This document shows positions 27,367 to 32,000 of a stretch of DNA of 32,000 nucleotides, piece after piece. The translations under genes and the position numbers were made by a program. A model generated the notes under the pieces. That model saw nothing but the letters and a program-made list of their open reading frames with translations. It had not been told where the DNA came from and ran no database searches. The stretch's first letter is position 1, and each line of letters starts with the position of its first letter. This stretch comes from Promethearchaeota archaeon (GTDB lineage Archaea; Asgardarchaeota; Lokiarchaeia; Sigyniarchaeales; Promethearchaeaceae): assembly GCA_016933055.1 (NCBI GenBank), contig JAFGBS010000009.1:210001-242000 (forward strand), written 5' to 3'.

Positions 27367-27897
27367 TTATTCGTCCTCAACAGGCATTTTTATAAGAGAG
27401 TGTATATCGTATCCCTTTAAATTATCCCTTCCATGCAAACTTCCAGTTAATTCTATTACAAAAATTAACCCCTCTACAATCCCCCCTGCCTTTTCCACTA
27501 ACCTGCATGCAGCTGCTGCGGTACCTCCTGTTGCAAGCAAATCATCCAATATTAATACTTTATCGCCACTAGAGATAGCATCGATATGCATATGGATAGA
27601 ATCTGATCCATATTCTAGTTCGTAGGATTCATCAATTGTTGTATAAGGTAGTTTTCCTATTTTTCGGATAAGGACAAACCCCACACCTAAGAGATATGCA
27701 ACCACTCCACCAAATACATACCCACGCGCTTCAATAGCCGCTACTTTTATAATCTTTTTCTCTTTATACTGGTTAGCGATTCGTTCACAAGTTTCTCTAA
27801 ACGGGATCGCTTCCTTACACAATGTAGTTATATCCTTGAATTGAACTCCATGTTTTGGCCAATTGGGTACATTTCTAATATATTTAGATAAATCCAT
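27367..27897 (-). CDS. apt: Adenine phosphoribosyltransferase
   Basis: IRNVPNWPKHGVQFKDIT, IEARGY, IRKIGKLP, YELEYG, and the PRPP motif VLILDDLLATGGT. Confidence 0.96.
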   Translation of the reverse strand: MDLSKYIRNVPNWPKHGVQFKDITTLCKEAIPFRETCERIANQYKEKKIIKVAAIEARGYVFGGVVAYLLGVGFVLIRKIGKLPYTTIDESYELEYGSDSIHMHIDAISSGDKVLILDDLLATGGTAAAACRLVEKAGGIVEGLIFVIELTGSLHGRDNLKGYDIHSLIKMPVEDE

Positions 27898-28755
27898 CTA
27901 GAGGATCGCCCCTTTTAGTGCATCTTTACAACTACATTCTCGTTCGGTTGGAATTTTCGGGATTGCTGTTTCCAGCAGCTTTTTCAAATTAATTGCATTC
28001 GTTTTCATAGTTTCCAAAACCTCATCAATAGAAACAGCAAGTTTACGAATTGACCCGCCGCACTTGTTACAAGTCTTTCCAAATTCTACTACCCCACATT
28101 TGTCACATTGAGCTGCCCATACATCCAGATCGGTTACCATAGCTATGGTAGCATAGCACATGGCTTGTTCTGCGGCCAAAGTTACTTCAGGATAACAAGT
28201 CATTCCAATAACATCTCCCCCCCACATGCGAAATACCTTACTCTCAGCACGTGTGGAGAATCTGGGTCCTTCTATGCAAACATAGGTTCCTCCCTTGGTT
28301 ATGGGAATTCCTATTTCTTTCCCTACGGAATAGAATATTTCATTCATTGTATTGCAGTATGGATCTGCTTGTGAAATATGACATACAGATCCTCCCTCAT
28401 AAAATGTACTGATACGAGTCCTGGTTCTGTCAATATATTGGTCACAAATTACAAATTGTCCCTTATTCAATTCCTCCCTAAGACTTCCTACAGCAGAAGG
28501 ACTAATAATACGCTGTACTCCTACTGACTTCATTGCCCAAACGTTAGCTCGAAAATTCAACATATGTGGAGGAATGCGATGATCTTTTCCATGCCGGGGT
28601 AGAAATGCTACCTTCTTTCCCTTAAAATATCCAATACTAACAAGATCACTTGGGGCACCGTAAGGGGTGTATACTTTTAATCTTTTCTCGTCTTCAAGAG
28701 TAATATCAGAGCCTGTGCCCCCGATTATTCCTATTTCTACATTATGTTCCATCAT
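27898..28755 (-). CDS. mtnP: S-methyl-5'-thioadenosine phosphorylase
   Basis: IGIIGGTG, TPYGAPSD, FLPRHGKDH, NFRANVWA, EGPRFSTRAES, DVIGMT, MVTDLD, C-terminal CSC. Confidence 0.93.
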   Translation of the reverse strand: MMEHNVEIGIIGGTGSDITLEDEKRLKVYTPYGAPSDLVSIGYFKGKKVAFLPRHGKDHRIPPHMLNFRANVWAMKSVGVQRIISPSAVGSLREELNKGQFVICDQYIDRTRTRISTFYEGGSVCHISQADPYCNTMNEIFYSVGKEIGIPITKGGTYVCIEGPRFSTRAESKVFRMWGGDVIGMTCYPEVTLAAEQAMCYATIAMVTDLDVWAAQCDKCGVVEFGKTCNKCGGSIRKLAVSIDEVLETMKTNAINLKKLLETAIPKIPTERECSCKDALKGAIL

Positions 28756-28846
28756 AGTCTTTACTCACTTTAAGGTGTATAGGATCATTTTGACGTATCG
28801 CTTAAAAAATGATTTCTTAATGAGAAAATTAATTAGATTTGCTTAA

Positions 28847-30163
28847 TTGGTTCAACTCATGCGTTTGTCATTTTTGGGGTCTTGTCGCGAGGTTGGTCGT
28901 AGTGCAGTATTAGTTGAGTCTGATCAAAATAATGATCGAATCCTTTTGGATTATGGAGTAAAAATGGATGGTACTGAAGACAATTTTCCAGAACATATAC
29001 GGGGAAGAGATCTTAGTGCCATAGTTGTTACTCATGCTCACATAGATCACGTAGGTGGGATCCCCATTTTTTTTATATCCGGTTCAGTTCCTTTGTTCAT
29101 GACACGGTTGACTCAAGATGTGTCGGATGTATTATTACGAGATATGATTAACATCGCACGTTATAATTCGAATACCGATTTGTTATTTGATCGTGAAGTG
29201 TTAGGAAGAATGCATCGACATACTCATACACTTAGATATACCGAAAGAGTGAAAGTAGGAAAAGATTCTCATCTAACTTTATTTAACAATGGACATATAC
29301 CAGGGAGTGCAATGGCTCTCGTTGAGATGGATGGTCAAACCATGCTTTATACATCAGATATGAATGCAACGCAAACTCAACTCATGAATCCTGTTCACCC
29401 CCTTCCGAATAAAATTGATGCCTTAGTCACAGAAAGTACTTACGGAACCACCGATCACGAACCTCGGGAAGAAGTTGAAAAGCGATATATTGAGAAAGTT
29501 CAAACCGTATTGGAAAATGGAGGAACTGCTTTAACTCCCGCTTTTGGAGTATCTCGTAGTCAAGAAATAATGATGGTGCTTCATAAATACATCAATACTA
29601 AAAAGTACCCCGTATATGTGGACGGAATGGCTCGGAAAATCGGAAATATCTACAAAAGATATCGGACGTATTTCAGATCCTATGGAGAACTACGCAATGC
29701 TTTGGAAAAAAGTAACTATATATCGAGAGATAATACTTTTGAGCAACGTCAAGAAGCAAAAAGAGCAAATGCGGCAATTGTGGCTCCTTCGGGGATGTTA
29801 AAAGGCGGTACATCACGTATGTATGCGGAAGCAATTTTGGACGATCCGAATTCTGCAATATTACTGGTTAGTTATCAAATCCCTGGAACACCAGGGGAGA
29901 TCCTCCTGAAAGAAAATAAATATGTTTACAATAACAATGAGCAAGTCGAAACATCTTGTGAAGTGGAGCTTTTTGACTTTTCGTCTCACTCCGGTAAAAC
30001 TCAATTGATCGATTTTGCAAAAAAGTGTAATTTTGGGGATCAAGAGCGCAGAATTTTTGCAGTACATGGAGAAGAAGAGACTGCCACTGCTTTATGTAAT
30101 GAGATGAATGAATTGGGACTTCATGCAGTCGCCCCAACTCAAGGAGAAACTTATAAAATCTAA
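28847..30163 (+). CDS. Metallo-beta-lactamase beta-CASP ribonuclease (CPSF3/aCPSF-like, no KH domains)
   Basis: FLGSCREVGRS, LLDYG, THAHIDHVG, GHIPGS, YTSD, LVTESTYG, PAFGVSRSQE, FSSHSG, VHGE. The start is probably ATG 28859. Confidence 0.9.
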   Translation: MVQLMRLSFLGSCREVGRSAVLVESDQNNDRILLDYGVKMDGTEDNFPEHIRGRDLSAIVVTHAHIDHVGGIPIFFISGSVPLFMTRLTQDVSDVLLRDMINIARYNSNTDLLFDREVLGRMHRHTHTLRYTERVKVGKDSHLTLFNNGHIPGSAMALVEMDGQTMLYTSDMNATQTQLMNPVHPLPNKIDALVTESTYGTTDHEPREEVEKRYIEKVQTVLENGGTALTPAFGVSRSQEIMMVLHKYINTKKYPVYVDGMARKIGNIYKRYRTYFRSYGELRNALEKSNYISRDNTFEQRQEAKRANAAIVAPSGMLKGGTSRMYAEAILDDPNSAILLVSYQIPGTPGEILLKENKYVYNNNEQVETSCEVELFDFSSHSGKTQLIDFAKKCNFGDQERRIFAVHGEEETATALCNEMNELGLHAVAPTQGETYKI

Positions 30164-30180
30164 TCTTTTTGGTTTGATCT

Positions 30181-31275
30181 ATGCGAAATTTCAATATGTC
30201 TCAAAAAAATATTCATTCACCCACATCCATACGGAGAATAATTTCTAGTCTTATCAAAACGTCTCTGTGGGGGTTTTTTGAAACTCTTACCTTGAATTTA
30301 GTTCACTTTATTGACCGTTATCTCTGGTCGAATTTTCATACTCGTTTTATGCGCTTAATCCATAATAAGTTTGGGGGGATTGTCACCCCTTTTGATATAA
30401 CTTTGGAACCAAATCCCCTTAACCGGAATTGGGAACACCGGACTCCGTATATCCACCATTATCATCAAGGACAGGAAATTCTGCAAAAAGGGAAAGTAAT
30501 GATATGGCCTACTCAAGAAATCTTCAATTTAATTATTCGTTCTAACGTAAATCCCTTCGTTTCTATTTGTTACTGTAGAGATCACATGAAAAAGCATGGT
30601 CATCGATGTGAGCTAAATGCCCCTTTACGTACATGTTTAACATTACGACTTCCTCAAAGTGTTTCCTCGATTCGCACTTCAGAAATTCGATTAAAAGAAC
30701 TTCAACAAAAAGCTCTATATAAATTACTACTAAAATGTGAAAAGATTGGCCTGGTGCATCAAGTAATATTTTACGAGAAATACAATACTTACGTTATTTG
30801 CAACTGCTGTCCAGATTGTTGCGAAATTTTAAGTGTGTTTTTTCGAAGTGTTATGGAAATAAAATATCACCAAAAAAAGCTGGATACCTTGCATTCTTTA
30901 GAACTGAGAAAAAAAGATCATTCACTTAATCTCAAGGAACTTAATCAATACCGAGTACTGAAACACTCAAAAAAAAACCATCAAAAAGGAGCGAATATGA
31001 AACCAGTTCCCTTGGTTGCTCAAAGTGCTTTCATCTCAATCCAGAATTCCTCTGGAGAGTGTGTGAATTGTGGAAAATGCGCTGAGCATTGCTATTTTGG
31101 GGCTAGAATAATGAAAGAAGGGACGCTGCATTATAATCCGGATTTGTGCTATGGTTGTGGATTGTGTGTATCTCGATGTGTGCATTCGGTTATTGAATTA
31201 AAAAAACGCATCAAATCCAAAGAAATGAGTTCAATCGGAATAGGTATTACACATGATCATCCTCACTTTTTGTGA
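30181..31275 (+). CDS. 4Fe-4S ferredoxin-domain protein (2x[4Fe-4S] plus additional Cys motifs)
   Basis: ICYCR...C...TCL; GLVHQ; ICNCCPDCC; CVNCGKCAEHC and CYGCGLCVSRC. Confidence 0.82.
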   Translation: MRNFNMSQKNIHSPTSIRRIISSLIKTSLWGFFETLTLNLVHFIDRYLWSNFHTRFMRLIHNKFGGIVTPFDITLEPNPLNRNWEHRTPYIHHYHQGQEILQKGKVMIWPTQEIFNLIIRSNVNPFVSICYCRDHMKKHGHRCELNAPLRTCLTLRLPQSVSSIRTSEIRLKELQQKALYKLLLKCEKIGLVHQVIFYEKYNTYVICNCCPDCCEILSVFFRSVMEIKYHQKKLDTLHSLELRKKDHSLNLKELNQYRVLKHSKKNHQKGANMKPVPLVAQSAFISIQNSSGECVNCGKCAEHCYFGARIMKEGTLHYNPDLCYGCGLCVSRCVHSVIELKKRIKSKEMSSIGIGITHDHPHFL

Positions 31276-31390
31276 TAGATAAGAACACTCCAAGCATTTT
31301 CCTTGAAATATACGTTAGTATAGAAAAAGAATATAGGCTTTCAATTTTTAAATAACATAGGATAAAAAGAAAAAAGTAAAAAGAAAAAAA

Positions 31391-32000
31391 ATGAGTATAC
31401 GCAGATTTCCCTCGAGAACTAAAGAGCGTAAATTTAGGGCAAGAATCGATAAAAATACTTCACTTTCATTCATTGAAAAAGATTCAGGGATTCAATGTAT
31501 TATTAAAAAAGACTTAACTGAATATGATGTCCATATATTTCCCTCGGAAGCACCCATTACGGGGGACTACTTAAAAAAAGATATTGATCCGTTTGAAGTT
31601 ACTCTCGCGGATATTCAAATACTGGAAAAAGAAATTTTCCCTATAGTAATTGCAATACAAGAGATTTTTGGGGAAGACAAAGTCCCTCAGCTAGGAAAAA
31701 TTCGATTAGCTATAGGAAGTAACGAGACGGACTATGTTACCATCGATGAGGGAGAATTTGAAGAATATGACTTTTTTCCAAGTATTCAAGGTCTCGTGGA
31801 GTTTCTTAAATCGAATCGAAAAGGAGTTATTGGTTTTGAAGATCGTGAATATCAACCCGAGAAAGGGAATTTGATCTTCTTCAGTAGTATTATAAAAAAT
31901 CCTGATCAAAATATTAAGATGATTGAGCTGAAAATCCTCTCATCACTCCATCAGAGGGGATTATATATGCAAAAACATCATCAATACTATGGGCTCCAGT
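31391..32000 (+). CDS. Hypothetical protein, truncated by the window edge (not in the ORF track)
   Basis: ATG at 31391 opens a frame without a stop to the end of the window (MSIRRFPSRTKERKFRARIDK...HHQYYGLQ, about 203 codons). No family recognised. Confidence 0.7.
   Translation, partial: MSIRRFPSRTKERKFRARIDKNTSLSFIEKDSGIQCIIKKDLTEYDVHIFPSEAPITGDYLKKDIDPFEVTLADIQILEKEIFPIVIAIQEIFGEDKVPQLGKIRLAIGSNETDYVTIDEGEFEEYDFFPSIQGLVEFLKSNRKGVIGFEDREYQPEKGNLIFFSSIIKNPDQNIKMIELKILSSLHQRGLYMQKHHQYYGLQ

Noticed and set aside
606-31909. Many short (60-172 aa) ORFs in the track overlapping longer genes (e.g. 606-788, 2830-3114, 3698-3901, 8374-8661, 11059-11577, 17746-18219, 26478-26753, 29868-30194, 31706-31909)
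   Set aside because: They are antisense or off-frame shadows of well-supported CDSs, with no recognisable motifs.
1-32000. CRISPR arrays, IS elements, integrases, defence systems, tRNA/rRNA
   Set aside because: I saw no regularly spaced repeats, transposase motifs, terminal inverted repeats, GC-rich structured RNA or compositional break; intergenic gaps are short.

Overview
Gene-dense, AT-rich archaeal window. The gene content (Rag/Gtr1-like GTPase-roadblock fusion, Rab-like GTPase, MPN domain, SCP2, Ftr, several TPR and 7TM orphans, large glycoprotein-like surface proteins) points to an Asgard archaeon, most likely Lokiarchaeia/Promethearchaeota; this is inferred from protein families, not a marker gene. 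I count about 27 complete CDSs, plus one ORF running off the right edge and possibly one off the left. Metabolic genes: ftr, FAD-dependent glycerol-3-phosphate dehydrogenase, a G1PDH-like enzyme, a PfkB kinase, mtnP-apt, amrS, a beta-CASP RNase, a YprB-like exonuclease, a Pcm-like protein and a thioredoxin. I see no rRNA, tRNA, CRISPR array or mobile element. The standout is 3411..4730: a Rab-like small GTPase whose motifs run G3-G4-G5-G1-G2 (a circular permutation cut between beta2 and beta3), followed by a Pro-rich linker, a beta-rich domain and two C-terminal TM helices. Other observations: a RagA-like GTPase whose P-loop lies upstream of the called ATG with no canonical start, a Zn-ribbon insertion in MtnP, a ceramidase/PIG-L fusion, a JAMM-degenerate MPN-TPR protein and a two-gene cell-surface operon with cadherin-like motifs. 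All calls come from motif recognition by eye; no database searches were run.
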